Shown: positions 9,695-19,478, counted from the first letter of the stretch. The stretch is 47,288 nucleotides of DNA from Halanaerobiales bacterium (GCA_035270125.1 DATFIM010000005.1:1-47288), one strand, 5' to 3'. Made by a program: numbers and translations. The notes: generated from the letters alone by a model not told the origin.

Positions 9695-10264
9695 GTGAGT
9701 AAAGCAAATAATAAAAACATCCGAAAAAAAATATATCATAAGGCTTCACAATATCTTCTTAATTATGGATTAAAGGGTTGGAATATGGATCAACTCGCAG
9801 CAGAAACAGGAATGGCAAAAAATACATTATATAAAATAATTGGTTATAAAGAAGATATGATCAAAGAAATATATTTAAATAAAATAAAATCGATCGAGCG
9901 ACAAGTAAAAGTAACAGTAAATAAAGATGAAAATTATTTTGAAAAATTTTTAGAATTAGATAAAATGTTTCTGGATTTAATTCGATATACTGAAAGTAGA
10001 CAGGCAAGAGAAGTTTTTTTAGAATATCCGCAAGTAGAAAACGAAATAAGAAAAATAAAAGAAAAAATTAATAATCATATAATAAATTTTATAAAATTAG
10101 GTATTGAAAAAAACAAATTAAAAAATAATAATGAAGCAGATTTTTATTTTGATTTAATACTATCTTTGGCCTTTTATTATGTAAAAGAAAAAGAGATTAA
10201 AAATAATAAGGAATTATTTAGAAAGTCGTTAAATACTCTTATAAAAGGAATAGCAAAAGAATAA
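9695..10264 (+). CDS. TetR/AcrR-family transcriptional regulator
   Basis: N-terminal HTH (GLKGWNMDQLAAETGMAKNTLYKII). GTG start after GGGAGGA. Confidence 0.78.
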   Translation: MSKANNKNIRKKIYHKASQYLLNYGLKGWNMDQLAAETGMAKNTLYKIIGYKEDMIKEIYLNKIKSIERQVKVTVNKDENYFEKFLELDKMFLDLIRYTESRQAREVFLEYPQVENEIRKIKEKINNHIINFIKLGIEKNKLKNNNEADFYFDLILSLAFYYVKEKEIKNNKELFRKSLNTLIKGIAKE

Positions 10265-10364
10265 TTTTATAAATAGATTATTTAGAATACCAGAATAAAT
10301 ATAAGAAAATAAGAGTATTAACGTTTTAATCTATTTTAAACTACTCTAATTTATATTTTTAAAC

Positions 10365-10393
10365 TTGACCCATAAGCTTCTCTTAGTTATAAT
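10365..10393 (+). promoter_or_regulatory. Promoter of the tandem tRNA-Thr genes
   Basis: TTGACC (10365-10370), 17-nt spacer, TATAAT (10388-10393), 43 nt before the first tRNA. Confidence 0.6.
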
Positions 10394-10436
10394 TGTTTTT
10401 GCGTTGTGAAAAAAGAAGGATATCAATTGATGTAGT

Positions 10437-10512
10437 GCTGACGTAGCTCAATTGGCAGAGCAGCTGACTTGTAATCAGCAGGTTACCGGTTCAAGTCCGG
10501 TCGTCAGCTCCA
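10437..10512 (+). tRNA. tRNA-Thr(TGT), copy 1, CCA encoded
   Basis: Sequence GCTGACGTAGCTCAATTGGCAGAGCAGCTGACTTGTAATCAGCAGGTTACCGGTTCAAGTCCGGTCGTCAGCTCCA. The anticodon loop is CTTGTAA. Confidence 0.92.
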
Positions 10513-10553
10513 CAATAATGATCAAATTTATTATTACTAATTAAAATAGGTAT

Positions 10554-10629
10554 GCTGACGTAGCTCAATTGGCAGAGCAGCTGACTTGTAATCAGCAGGT
10601 TACCGGTTCAAGTCCGGTCGTCAGCTCCA
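10554..10629 (+). tRNA. tRNA-Thr(TGT), copy 2, identical to copy 1
   Basis: 76/76 nt identical to 10437-10512, separated by a 41-nt AT-rich spacer. Confidence 0.92.
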
Positions 10630-10651
10630 TTTTTTATTTATATACCTTTAT

Positions 10652-10680
10652 TTGCTTCTAATTATTTTTGATGCTATAAT
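10652..10680 (+). promoter_or_regulatory. Promoter of the small ORF plus tRNA-Pro(GGG) unit
   Basis: TTGCTT, 17-nt spacer, TG-extended TATAAT (10675-10680). Confidence 0.5.
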
Positions 10681-10701
10681 GAAGCTAAGGAAGTGGTTTT
10701 A

Positions 10702-10998
10702 ATGAGTGGTAATAAATATAGACATAATAAAATAAAAGAAGAACATACTATTATTGAAGATATAAAACCTCTATTGGAAGAAGTAGCCAAAATTGCTCAG
10801 GTAAAAAGTATTATACCCGGTCGAATAAATCAAAGAAGTGGAAGTGGCGTTCCAGCTTATTTACAGGTTAAATATAATACTTCAAGTGGTATAAAATTAT
10901 TAGGAAAAAATAGTTCATCAATTCAAGAAGTTTTTGTTGTAACAGATTATCCTGATAAGTTAAGCAAATATTTAAATAATCAGGATTATATAAAGTAG
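10702..10998 (+). CDS. Small conserved hypothetical protein (98 aa)
   Basis: ATG 10702 is preceded by AAGGAAG. Basic N-terminus and an IIPGRI...QEVFVV core. I vaguely recall a DUF2103-like pattern but cannot verify it. Confidence 0.6.
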   Translation: MSGNKYRHNKIKEEHTIIEDIKPLLEEVAKIAQVKSIIPGRINQRSGSGVPAYLQVKYNTSSGIKLLGKNSSSIQEVFVVTDYPDKLSKYLNNQDYIK

Positions 10999-11011
10999 AT
11001 AATGTAGCAAA

Positions 11012-11088
11012 CGGGCTGTGGCGCAGCTTGGTAGCGCACTATGCTGGGGGCGTAGGGGTCGCCGGTTCAAATCCGGCCAGCCCGACCA
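11012..11088 (+). tRNA. tRNA-Pro(GGG), CCA encoded
   Basis: Sequence CGGGCTGTGGCGCAGCTTGGTAGCGCACTATGCTGGGGGCGTAGGGGTCGCCGGTTCAAATCCGGCCAGCCCGACCA. The anticodon loop is CTGGGGG. Confidence 0.9.
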
Positions 11089-11095
11089 TTTTGTA

Positions 11096-11126
11096 ACTGA
11101 GGTGAATACCTCAGTATTTTTATTTT
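11096..11126 (+). terminator. Intrinsic terminator after tRNA-Pro(GGG)
   Basis: ACTGAGGT-GAAT-ACCTCAGT stem, followed by ATTTTTATTTT. Confidence 0.6.
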
Positions 11127-11146
11127 AATTGTAATGGAGGTTAATT

Positions 11147-12475
11147 ATGTACAAAGTTTTTTTAAAAACTCTTGGATGTCCTAAAAATGAAGTCGATAGT
11201 GAATATATGAGTGGATCTCTAAAAATACAGGATAAATTTCAAATTGTAGATCAGGCTAAAGAATCTGATGTAATTGTTGTTAATACATGTGGTTTTATAA
11301 ATGATGCAAAGGAAGAATCTATTGAAACTATATTTGATGCTCTTTATTATAAAGAAAATGGATATTGTAATGCAGTTATTGTGACAGGCTGTTTAACTCA
11401 AAGATACTTTGAGGAAATAAGAAATGAAATTCCAGAAATTGATGCAATATTGGGTACAGGCAATTTTGATAAATTAGATACAGTTATAGAAAAAGTGATG
11501 AATGGAAATAATATTTATGAAGTTCCTGATGATCCAAGTTTTGATTATAAATCTACTTTACCACGTAATTATACAAATAATTACACTTCTTATTTGAAAA
11601 TTGCTGAGGGTTGTAATAATAATTGTACTTATTGTACAATTCCAAAGATAAGAGGAAGATTAAACAGCAGGCCTATTGAGGATTTAGTTAAAGAAGCTAA
11701 ACAAATGATTAACAATGGTATTAAGGAAATTATTATAATAGCCCAGGATATTACTCAATATGGAGTAGATATTTATGATGAATCAAAGCTTGTTTCTTTG
11801 TTAGAAAAATTAACTAATTTAAAAGGATTAAAATGGATTAGACTTTTATATGCATATCCTGAACGTATAGACGATGATTTAATAAATATTATTAAAAAAG
11901 AAGATAAAATATGTAATTATTTAGATATTCCAATTCAACATTCAGTAAAAAATGTAAGAAAAAAGATGGGAAGAAAAGGGGATAGTGAAGATTTATTGAA
12001 TTTAATAAAAAAATTAAGAAATGAAATACCTGATATTGTATTAAGGACTTCACTGATAGTTGGTTTTCCCCAGGAAACAAAAAATGATTTTGAAAAATTA
12101 GTTGATTTTGTAAAAAAAATAAGATTTTCAAGATTGGGAGTCTTTCAATATTCAAAAGAAGAAGGTACACCAGCATATCATATGAAGAATCAGGTTGATG
12201 AAGAGATCAAAGAATATCGTTATAATGAAATAATGAAAATTCAGCAAAAAATTTCTTTAGAAAATAACAAAAAACTTATTGGTGAAGAACTAGAAGTTCT
12301 GGTAACTGAACATAATGAAAGATATTATAAAGCTCGTTCTCAATATGATGCACCAGAAATTGATAACCAAATATTTTTAGAAGGAGATTCATTAAATATT
12401 GGGGATTTTGTTAAGTGCAAAGTAACAGATGCAAATGATTATGATCTTTTTGCAACTACAATAAAGGAGAGTTGA
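11147..12475 (+). CDS. rimO: Ribosomal protein S12 methylthiotransferase RimO (radical SAM plus TRAM)
   Basis: LGCPKNEVDSEYM N-terminal motif, CNNNCTYCTIP radical-SAM cluster, C-terminal TRAM-like domain. Confidence 0.88.
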   Translation: MYKVFLKTLGCPKNEVDSEYMSGSLKIQDKFQIVDQAKESDVIVVNTCGFINDAKEESIETIFDALYYKENGYCNAVIVTGCLTQRYFEEIRNEIPEIDAILGTGNFDKLDTVIEKVMNGNNIYEVPDDPSFDYKSTLPRNYTNNYTSYLKIAEGCNNNCTYCTIPKIRGRLNSRPIEDLVKEAKQMINNGIKEIIIIAQDITQYGVDIYDESKLVSLLEKLTNLKGLKWIRLLYAYPERIDDDLINIIKKEDKICNYLDIPIQHSVKNVRKKMGRKGDSEDLLNLIKKLRNEIPDIVLRTSLIVGFPQETKNDFEKLVDFVKKIRFSRLGVFQYSKEEGTPAYHMKNQVDEEIKEYRYNEIMKIQQKISLENNKKLIGEELEVLVTEHNERYYKARSQYDAPEIDNQIFLEGDSLNIGDFVKCKVTDANDYDLFATTIKES

Positions 12476-12477
12476 AC

Positions 12478-13032
12478 ATGAATTTACCTAATAAGTTAAC
12501 ATTACTTAGAATATTATTAGTTCCTATATTTATGGGATTTCTAATTTTAAGTAATGATAATAGCCAATTTTTTCAATTTTTTGCTTTATTAGTATTTATT
12601 TTAGCTGCATCAACTGATGGATTAGATGGGTATCTGGCTAGAAAAAATAATTTAGTGACTACTTTTGGTAAAATTGTTGATCCATTAGCTGATAAATTAC
12701 TAATAACAGCAGCATTAATTTCATTTGTATCATTAGGAGAAATTTCTGCCTGGGCTGCTGTCATAATTATTGGGAGAGAATTGGCTGTTACAGGTTTGAG
12801 AGTGGTTGCTGCTAGTGAAGGTATAGTAATATCTGCAAGTATATGGGGAAAATTAAAAACTATACTTCAAATATCTGCAATAATTGCTTTATTATTAGAA
12901 CCTAATATAATAGACTTTCCTTTTTATTTAGAGAAAATTTTATTATGGGCAGCTGTTTTAATGACAATTTATTCAGGATATATTTATTTTAAAAGATCTG
13001 ATATAGATTTTTTTGAATTAGAGAAGAGTTGA
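12478..13032 (+). CDS. pgsA: CDP-diacylglycerol--glycerol-3-phosphate 3-phosphatidyltransferase
   Basis: CDP-alcohol phosphatidyltransferase motif DGLDGYLARKNNLVTTFGKIVDPLADK. ATG 12478 lies 6 nt after AAGGAGAG. Confidence 0.93.
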   Translation: MNLPNKLTLLRILLVPIFMGFLILSNDNSQFFQFFALLVFILAASTDGLDGYLARKNNLVTTFGKIVDPLADKLLITAALISFVSLGEISAWAAVIIIGRELAVTGLRVVAASEGIVISASIWGKLKTILQISAIIALLLEPNIIDFPFYLEKILLWAAVLMTIYSGYIYFKRSDIDFFELEKS

Positions 13033-13037
13033 TTTTT

Positions 13038-13487
13038 ATGAATAATTATTTACATTTTATTAACAAATTATTAGCTACAGGTTTATTTATTGGTAAAATA
13101 CCAGGTGCTCCAGGTACTTATGGTTCAATATTAGCAGTATTTATTATATTATTTTTTCCACTGGTTACTAATGTGTTTTTTATTATTCCTTTTATAATAA
13201 TAGCAACTGGTATTTCCTATTATGAAGAATTAATAACTGGAGTTAAAGATGCCCCAGAGATAGTTATTGATGAAATTGCCGGTATTCTTGTGACTTTTGT
13301 TTTTATTGATTTAAATTTTAAAATAATTTTTGTAGGTTTTATTTTATTTAGATTTTTTGATATTTATAAACCATTTATAATTGATAAAGTTCAAGAATTA
13401 CCTTATGGTATTGGAATAATGGCTGATGATTTATTAGCAGGTTTTTTTTCCTGGATAATTTTAAACATAATTATCATTATTTTTTAA
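13038..13487 (+). CDS. pgpA: Phosphatidylglycerophosphatase A
   Basis: GKIPGAPGTYGS, DEIAG, FRFFDIYKP and MADDLLAG motifs. Confidence 0.86.
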   Translation: MNNYLHFINKLLATGLFIGKIPGAPGTYGSILAVFIILFFPLVTNVFFIIPFIIIATGISYYEELITGVKDAPEIVIDEIAGILVTFVFIDLNFKIIFVGFILFRFFDIYKPFIIDKVQELPYGIGIMADDLLAGFFSWIILNIIIIIF

Positions 13488-13504
13488 AAATATAATAATT
13501 TTTG

Positions 13505-13540
13505 AAATATCCTTGAATCTTGTAAGGATATTTTTTTTAT
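13505..13540 (+). terminator. Intrinsic terminator after pgpA
   Basis: AAATATCCTT-loop-AAGGATATTT stem, followed by a T run. Confidence 0.65.
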
Positions 13541-13647
13541 TGGTAATATCTATTTATTATTTATTATTTTCTAAAATTTAGAATGATTTAAATATAATAT
13601 TTTCTGTGATATAATTAATTTAAAATAAAGTAACTAAAGGAGAGATT

Positions 13648-14904
13648 TTGTTGAAGGCTGAAATTATATCAATTGGGACAGAAATCTTACTTGGGGATAT
13701 AGTTGATACTAACTCAAAATATATAGCAGAACATTTAAAAGATTTAGGTTATGACATTCATTATATGACAGCTGTTGGTGATAATCAAAAAAGGGTAATT
13801 AATGTTTTAAAAAGAGCTATTGAAAGATCTGATCTAGTAATTACTACTGGAGGATTAGGTCCTACTGAAGATGATTTAACCCGGCAGGCAATTGCTAAAG
13901 CAACTGATAAAAATTTATATCAGGATGAAAATCTTTTAAATTCTATAAAAGAATATTTTGATCAAAAAAATTATAATATGACTAAAAATAATTATAGTCA
14001 GGCATTTTTACCTGAAGGAGCAAAAGTAATTAAAAACAATTGGGGAACAGCTCCCGGTATTTTATTAAAAGAAAGTGATTATATGATAATAAGTTTGCCT
14101 GGTGTTCCTTCAGAAATGAAAAAAATGTTTTCTAACTATATTTTGAAAGAATTACAAAAATATTCAGAAAAAACAATTTTATCAAAAACACTACATTTTT
14201 TTGGGATTGGTGAATCTACTTTAGAAACCAAATTAAAAAATATATTAGAAAATCAAAATAATCCTACCTTAGCTCTTTTAGCTGGCGAAGGAGAAGTAAA
14301 ACTTAGAATAACGGCTAAAGGTGAAAACAAAAACAAATTAAAAGATATGATTTCTAAAAAAGAGAAATTAATAAGAAAAAAGGTTGGTAAATATATATAT
14401 GGAGTAAATAATACTGATTTAGCTAAGGAGATTTATAATATTCTGCTAAAAAGAAAACTTACAATTAGTTTAGCTGAATCATGTACGGGCGGGTTAATAA
14501 GTCATCGTTTAACACAAATCCCGGGAAGTTCTAAGGTTTTTAAAGGTAGTTATGTAGTTTATTCTAATGAAGCTAAAATTAATTTATTAGATATAGATAG
14601 AGAAATTATTAAAAAACAAGGAGCTGTAAGTAAAAAGACAGCACTAATGATGGCTAAAAATATAAAAGACAAGTTTGGAACAAATATTGGAATTGGAGTT
14701 ACAGGTATTGCCGGTCCAGGTGGAGGTACAGCTGATAAACCAGTAGGATTAGTGTATATAGGTATATCTTATGGCAAAAAAAATATAGTTCATAAATTGA
14801 ACTTAAAATATTCAAGATCTTTTAACAAATGGATGACTTCTCAATATGTATTTTATTATTTGTTGGATCATTTTAAAAGGGGGATAAATAAAAATGAAAA
14901 ATAA
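13648..14904 (+). CDS. cinA: Competence/damage-inducible protein CinA (MoCF-binding domain plus PncC-type NMN deamidase domain)
   Basis: AEIISIGTEILLGDIVDTNS N-terminus, and C-terminal LAESCTGGL...GVTGIAGPGGGT. Confidence 0.92.
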   Translation: MLKAEIISIGTEILLGDIVDTNSKYIAEHLKDLGYDIHYMTAVGDNQKRVINVLKRAIERSDLVITTGGLGPTEDDLTRQAIAKATDKNLYQDENLLNSIKEYFDQKNYNMTKNNYSQAFLPEGAKVIKNNWGTAPGILLKESDYMIISLPGVPSEMKKMFSNYILKELQKYSEKTILSKTLHFFGIGESTLETKLKNILENQNNPTLALLAGEGEVKLRITAKGENKNKLKDMISKKEKLIRKKVGKYIYGVNNTDLAKEIYNILLKRKLTISLAESCTGGLISHRLTQIPGSSKVFKGSYVVYSNEAKINLLDIDREIIKKQGAVSKKTALMMAKNIKDKFGTNIGIGVTGIAGPGGGTADKPVGLVYIGISYGKKNIVHKLNLKYSRSFNKWMTSQYVFYYLLDHFKRGINKNEK

Positions 14905-16069
14905 ATATTATTTAGTTTTAATTTTATTATTAGTTTCTGTAATTTTTATAAATTCAAATTTCGGTTTTGCTCAGGAGCAAGATAATATTAAATTGATAAA
15001 TGGAATTGAATATTACTATAATCATGAGTATAATAAAGCGATTGAAAATTTTTCAGATTTTCTTAAAAATGATTTAGTGAATGAAGAAATGTATATAGAT
15101 GCATTATATTATCAAACTTTATCATATATTAAAAATAAAGAAGTAAGTATGGCTAAAAATAATATAAAAAATTTAAAAAATAATGGTTATGAATTTGCCA
15201 GGATTCACTGGGAAATTGGAAAATTATATTTAAATAAAGAAGGTTATTATGATAGTGCTCTATTTAGTGAAGCCAAAAACGAACTAGAAAAAGCAAGTAT
15301 GTTAGGAGTAGATTCACCGGAATTTCATAGTGATTTAGCTTCAGCATATCAGGGATTGAATTTATATGAAAAAGCAATAAAAGAATATGAAATTTCTATT
15401 TTATCTGATAAAAATTTCAAAGATTATTTAAACTTAGCAAATTTGCATAAAAATATTAATGAAAATAAAAAGGCATTAAAATATTATAAACAATATTTAG
15501 AATTCAATAAAGATAATATATCAGTTTACTCAAATATGGGAGAAATATATATAAATAATCAAGAATATGAAAAAGCAATAGAAATATTAAATCAGGGTCT
15601 AGATAAAAATAAAGAAAATTTTTCTATTCAATTTCAGTTGGGAAAACTTTATTTTCTTGAAGAAGATTATAATTCTGCAAAAAATAAATTTGAAAAAGTG
15701 ATTGAATTAGATTCGGATAATTATTCTGCTTTTTATTATTTAGGTAAAATTGCAAACATAAATGAGGATATAGAAAGGGCCAAATATTATTTTGAACAGG
15801 CCCTAAAGTATAATCCTAAATATGCTGATGTATATATTGAATTAGGAGATATTTATCTTAACGAAGATAATGTGTATAAGGCTATTTCACACTATTCATC
15901 TGCTGTAGAAAGTAATCCAGAATATCCTAAAGCTCATTTTCATTTAGCTAAAGCATTTATAGAAAGAGGTATGAAAGAGGCCGCTATTTCTGAATTAAGA
16001 GAAACTTTACATTTAAGTGATAGCCATAAAGAGGCAGAAGAACTACTTGAAAAATTAATGGAGGAATAG
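14894..16069 (+). CDS. Exported tetratricopeptide-repeat protein
   Basis: Signal peptide ending FGFA/QEQ, then repeated A..Y......P....A...LG-type TPR units. Overlaps the cinA stop by 11 nt. Confidence 0.8.
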   Translation: MKNKYYLVLILLLVSVIFINSNFGFAQEQDNIKLINGIEYYYNHEYNKAIENFSDFLKNDLVNEEMYIDALYYQTLSYIKNKEVSMAKNNIKNLKNNGYEFARIHWEIGKLYLNKEGYYDSALFSEAKNELEKASMLGVDSPEFHSDLASAYQGLNLYEKAIKEYEISILSDKNFKDYLNLANLHKNINENKKALKYYKQYLEFNKDNISVYSNMGEIYINNQEYEKAIEILNQGLDKNKENFSIQFQLGKLYFLEEDYNSAKNKFEKVIELDSDNYSAFYYLGKIANINEDIERAKYYFEQALKYNPKYADVYIELGDIYLNEDNVYKAISHYSSAVESNPEYPKAHFHLAKAFIERGMKEAAISELRETLHLSDSHKEAEELLEKLMEE

Positions 16070-16071
16070 AA

Positions 16072-16638
16072 ATGAGACTTTTTATTGCAATTAATCTATC
16101 TGATAGAAATAAAAAATTAATAAATAATAAAGTGAAATTAATAAAAAATAATGTTAATGAAAAAGTGAAATGGGTAAAAAAAGAAAATTGGCATATGACT
16201 ATAAAATTTCTCGGGGATGTAAATAAAAATAGACTCTCTATAATTAAAGAAAAAATAAATGAAATTAAAGATTTTAATAAATTTTATTTTCAAATAAATT
16301 CATTAGATGCTTTTCCAAATATAAATTATCCTAAAGTTATATATTTAGGAGTCCACCAAGGAAAAAATAAATTAATAAAAATAAATGAAGATATTGAAAA
16401 AAAGATGTTTGAATTAAATTTTGAAAAAGAAAAAAGAGATTTTACTCCCCACATTACTATTGGGCGTTCAAAAGATTATTCAAATATAGATAAATTAGCT
16501 AATTCTTTAAATGAATTTAATAAACAAAAACATTTTATTAATATTTATTCTAAAGTAGAAAATATTTCTTTAATGAAAAGTGAATTGACTCAAAAAGGTC
16601 CTGAATATGAAGAAATATTTTCCAAAAATATAAAATAA
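16072..16638 (+). CDS. thpR: RNA 2',3'-cyclic phosphodiesterase (2H family, ThpR/LigT)
   Basis: Two H-x-T motifs (HMTIKFLG and HITIGR). Confidence 0.85.
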   Translation: MRLFIAINLSDRNKKLINNKVKLIKNNVNEKVKWVKKENWHMTIKFLGDVNKNRLSIIKEKINEIKDFNKFYFQINSLDAFPNINYPKVIYLGVHQGKNKLIKINEDIEKKMFELNFEKEKRDFTPHITIGRSKDYSNIDKLANSLNEFNKQKHFINIYSKVENISLMKSELTQKGPEYEEIFSKNIK

Positions 16639-16641
16639 TAC

Positions 16642-16670
16642 TTGCTTTTTTGAAACGTTTGTTCTATAAT
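16642..16670 (+). promoter_or_regulatory. recA promoter with an embedded LexA (Cheo-type) box
   Basis: TTGCTT (16642-16647), 17-nt spacer, TATAAT (16665-16670). The spacer contains AAACGTTTGTTC (16653-16664), which reads GAAC-N4-GTTT on the other strand. Confidence 0.6.
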
Positions 16671-16722
16671 ATATATAAGAGTTGAAATTTAAATCATTAT
16701 ATATTTGAAAGGTGTGATATTT

Positions 16723-17751
16723 TTGGCTAATGATGAGAAAGAAAAAGCATTAAATAATGCAGTAAAGAGAATAGAAAAACAATTTGGTAAAGGTTCTATA
16801 ATGAGATTAGGAGATACTTCTACCTTAGATGTTGATGCTATACCGACTGGAGCACTTCCTCTTGATGTAGCCCTCGGAGTTGGTGGTATACCTAGAGGTA
16901 GAATAATTGAACTTTATGGAAATGAGTCTTCTGGTAAAACTACTTTAGGGCTACATATAATAGCTGAAGCACAAAAAATGGATGGGATTGCTGCTTTTAT
17001 TGATGCAGAGCATGCATTAGATCCCAAATATGCTGGAAATTTAGGAGTTAATATTGATAATCTGCTAATATCTCAACCTAATAATGGTGAAGAAGCTTTA
17101 GAGATAACTGAGGCATTAATCAGGAGTAATGCAGTTGATTTAGTAATCGTTGATTCAGTAGCAGCACTTGTTCCTAAAGCAGAATTAGAAGGTGAAATGG
17201 GAGATTCTCATGTAGGATTACAGGCCAGATTAATGTCTCAGGCAATGAGAAAACTATCTGGAGCTGTAAGTAAATCTAAAACTTCCGTAATCTTTATTAA
17301 TCAAATTAGAGAAAAAATTGGAGTTATGTTTGGAAATCCGGAAACTACTCCAGGAGGAAGAGCTTTAAAATTTTATTCTTCAGTTAGAATTGAATTAAGA
17401 AGATCACAGACAATTAAAGATGGAGACGAAATAATTGGATCTCATGCTAGAGCAAAAGTGGTTAAAAACAAGGTAGCAGCCCCTTTCCGTCAGGCAGAAT
17501 TTGATATAATGTATGGAACTGGAATTTCAAAATCAGGTTGTATACTTGATTTAGGAGAAGAAACTGGAGTAATTGATAGGGCTGGTTCCTGGTATTCATA
17601 TGGTGAAGAAAGATTAGGTCAGGGTCGCCAAAATTCAAAAGAATTTATGGAAGAAAACCCTGAAATTATGGAAGAAATTGAAAATAATATAAGAAAAAAA
17701 GTTGGTTTACTTGATGATGAAGATGATACAGAAGAAGAATCGGAAGAATAA
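16723..17751 (+). CDS. recA: Recombinase RecA
   Basis: [23 protein letters not shown], Walker [10 protein letters not shown], and an acidic C-terminal tail. TTG 16723 lies 8 nt after AAAGGTG. The track start at 16705 is probably too far upstream. Confidence 0.97.
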   Translation: MANDEKEKALNNAVKRIEKQFGKGSIMRLGDTSTLDVDAIPTGALPLDVALGVGGIPRGRIIELYGNESSGKTTLGLHIIAEAQKMDGIAAFIDAEHALDPKYAGNLGVNIDNLLISQPNNGEEALEITEALIRSNAVDLVIVDSVAALVPKAELEGEMGDSHVGLQARLMSQAMRKLSGAVSKSKTSVIFINQIREKIGVMFGNPETTPGGRALKFYSSVRIELRRSQTIKDGDEIIGSHARAKVVKNKVAAPFRQAEFDIMYGTGISKSGCILDLGEETGVIDRAGSWYSYGEERLGQGRQNSKEFMEENPEIMEEIENNIRKKVGLLDDEDDTEEESEE

Positions 17752-17768
17752 AATAAAAAAATCTTAAA

Positions 17769-17795
17769 AGTCTGCTTTTTAGCAGGCTTTTTTTT
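17769..17795 (+). terminator. Intrinsic terminator after recA
   Basis: AGTCTGCT-TTTT-AGCAGGCT stem, followed by T8. Confidence 0.7.
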
Positions 17796-17802
17796 ATGAG
17801 TC

Positions 17803-17831
17803 TTGACATAATAGGTTAAAAAGGATAAAAT
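17803..17831 (+). promoter_or_regulatory. rny promoter
   Basis: TTGACA, 17-nt spacer, TAAAAT. Confidence 0.5.
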
Positions 17832-17894
17832 GTTTATAGGTGCAAATACTAGTTTTAAATGATTTATATAAATACAATTTAATAATGATAGGGG

Positions 17895-19439
17895 GTGAAT
17901 AAAATTAATGGAGGTGTATTGTATGCCATAATCGCTCTACCAATTGGATTAATAATTGGATATTTTATTCGCAAGTATATTGCTGAAGCCCGGATCCAAT
18001 CTGCTGAAGAAGAAGCTAAAAAGATAAGAAAAGATGCAGAAAGAGAAGCTGAATCTAAAAAACGTGAGTTTATTTTAGAAGCTAAAGAAGAAGCTCACAA
18101 AATGAAAGAAGAAGCAAATGAAGAAATTCAAAATAGACGAAATGAACTTCAGAGATTGGAAAACCGTTTAATGCATAGAGAGGAAAACCTTGACCGAAGA
18201 TCAGAAGACTTAGAAAAGAAAAGTGATAAGTTATCTCAAAAAGAAAAAGAATTAGATAAAAAAGAACAGAAAATTGATGAAATAAAAGCTAATGCTAAAG
18301 AAAAACTAGAAAATATATCTAATTTTACTGAAGAAGAAGCAAAAAATTATTTATTAAATAAAAAAGAAGAAGAACTTGAACATGAATATGCAAAATTGGT
18401 CAAGGAAAAAGAAGCACAAGCAAAAGAAGAATCTGAGAAAAAAGCCAGAGAAATAATTTCAATGGCTATTCAAAGATGTGCGGCAGATCATGTAGCTGAA
18501 ACTACTGTTTCAGTGGTTGATCTTCCAAACGATGAAATGAAAGGTAGAATAATTGGTAGAGAAGGAAGAAATATTAGGACACTTGAAAGTCTTACTGGAA
18601 TTGACTTGATTATTGATGACACACCAGAAGCAGTTGTAATTTCTGGTTTTGATCCTATTAGAAGAGAAATTGCAAGAATTGCTTTAGAAAAATTAATAGT
18701 TGATGGTAGAATTCATCCAGCACGTATCGAAGAAATGGTAGAAAAAGCTGAGGATGAATTAGATAGTCATATAAGAGAATTAGGTGAAGAAGCTACATTT
18801 GATACCGGTGTTCATGGTCTTCATTCTGAACTAGTGAAAAAATTAGGTCGATTAAAATTCAGAACAAGTTATGGACAAAATGTACTTCAGCATTCACTGG
18901 AAGTTTCATATTTAGCAGGTATTATGGCTTCTGAATTAGGTGCTGATGTAAATCTTGCTAAACGTGGTGGTTTACTTCATGATATAGGAAAAGCGATTGA
19001 TCATGAAGTTGAAGGTCCTCATGTTAATATTGGTATGGATCTTGCTAAGAAATATAATGAAAGTGAAGATGTAATTCACTGTATTGAAGCACACCATGGA
19101 GATGTAGAGTTTAAATCAATTGAAGCTGTTTTAGTCTCAGCAGCAGATGCAATATCAGCTGCTAGACCTGGAGCTAGAAAAGAAACTCTTGAAGCTTATA
19201 TAAAAAGACTTGAAGAGCTTGAAGAAATAGGTAATTCCTTTGATGGAGTCAATAAAGCTTATGCAATTCAAGCTGGTCGAGAGATCAGAGTTATTGTTGA
19301 ATCTGATAAAGTAGATGATGTTAAAGCTTCAAAATTGAGTAGAGATATATCTAAGGATATTGAAAGCAATTTGGATTATCCTGGTCAAATTAAAGTTGTT
19401 GTAATTAGAGAGACAAGAAATGTTGAATATGCAAAATAA
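17895..19439 (+). CDS. rny: Ribonuclease Y (N-terminal TM, coiled coil, KH and HD domains)
   Basis: TM helix plus [30 protein letters not shown], and [10 protein letters not shown]. The exact start (GTG 17895 or TTG 17919) is uncertain. Confidence 0.95.
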   Translation: MNKINGGVLYAIIALPIGLIIGYFIRKYIAEARIQSAEEEAKKIRKDAEREAESKKREFILEAKEEAHKMKEEANEEIQNRRNELQRLENRLMHREENLDRRSEDLEKKSDKLSQKEKELDKKEQKIDEIKANAKEKLENISNFTEEEAKNYLLNKKEEELEHEYAKLVKEKEAQAKEESEKKAREIISMAIQRCAADHVAETTVSVVDLPNDEMKGRIIGREGRNIRTLESLTGIDLIIDDTPEAVVISGFDPIRREIARIALEKLIVDGRIHPARIEEMVEKAEDELDSHIRELGEEATFDTGVHGLHSELVKKLGRLKFRTSYGQNVLQHSLEVSYLAGIMASELGADVNLAKRGGLLHDIGKAIDHEVEGPHVNIGMDLAKKYNESEDVIHCIEAHHGDVEFKSIEAVLVSAADAISAARPGARKETLEAYIKRLEELEEIGNSFDGVNKAYAIQAGREIRVIVESDKVDDVKASKLSRDISKDIESNLDYPGQIKVVVIRETRNVEYAK

Positions 19440-19448
19440 TATATCAAG

Positions 19449-19478
19449 AAAGCTCCTCGTTTTGAGGAGCTTTTTCTA
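19449..19478 (+). terminator. Intrinsic terminator after rny
   Basis: AAAGCTCCTC-GTTTT-GAGGAGCTTT stem, followed by TTCTATT. Confidence 0.7.
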
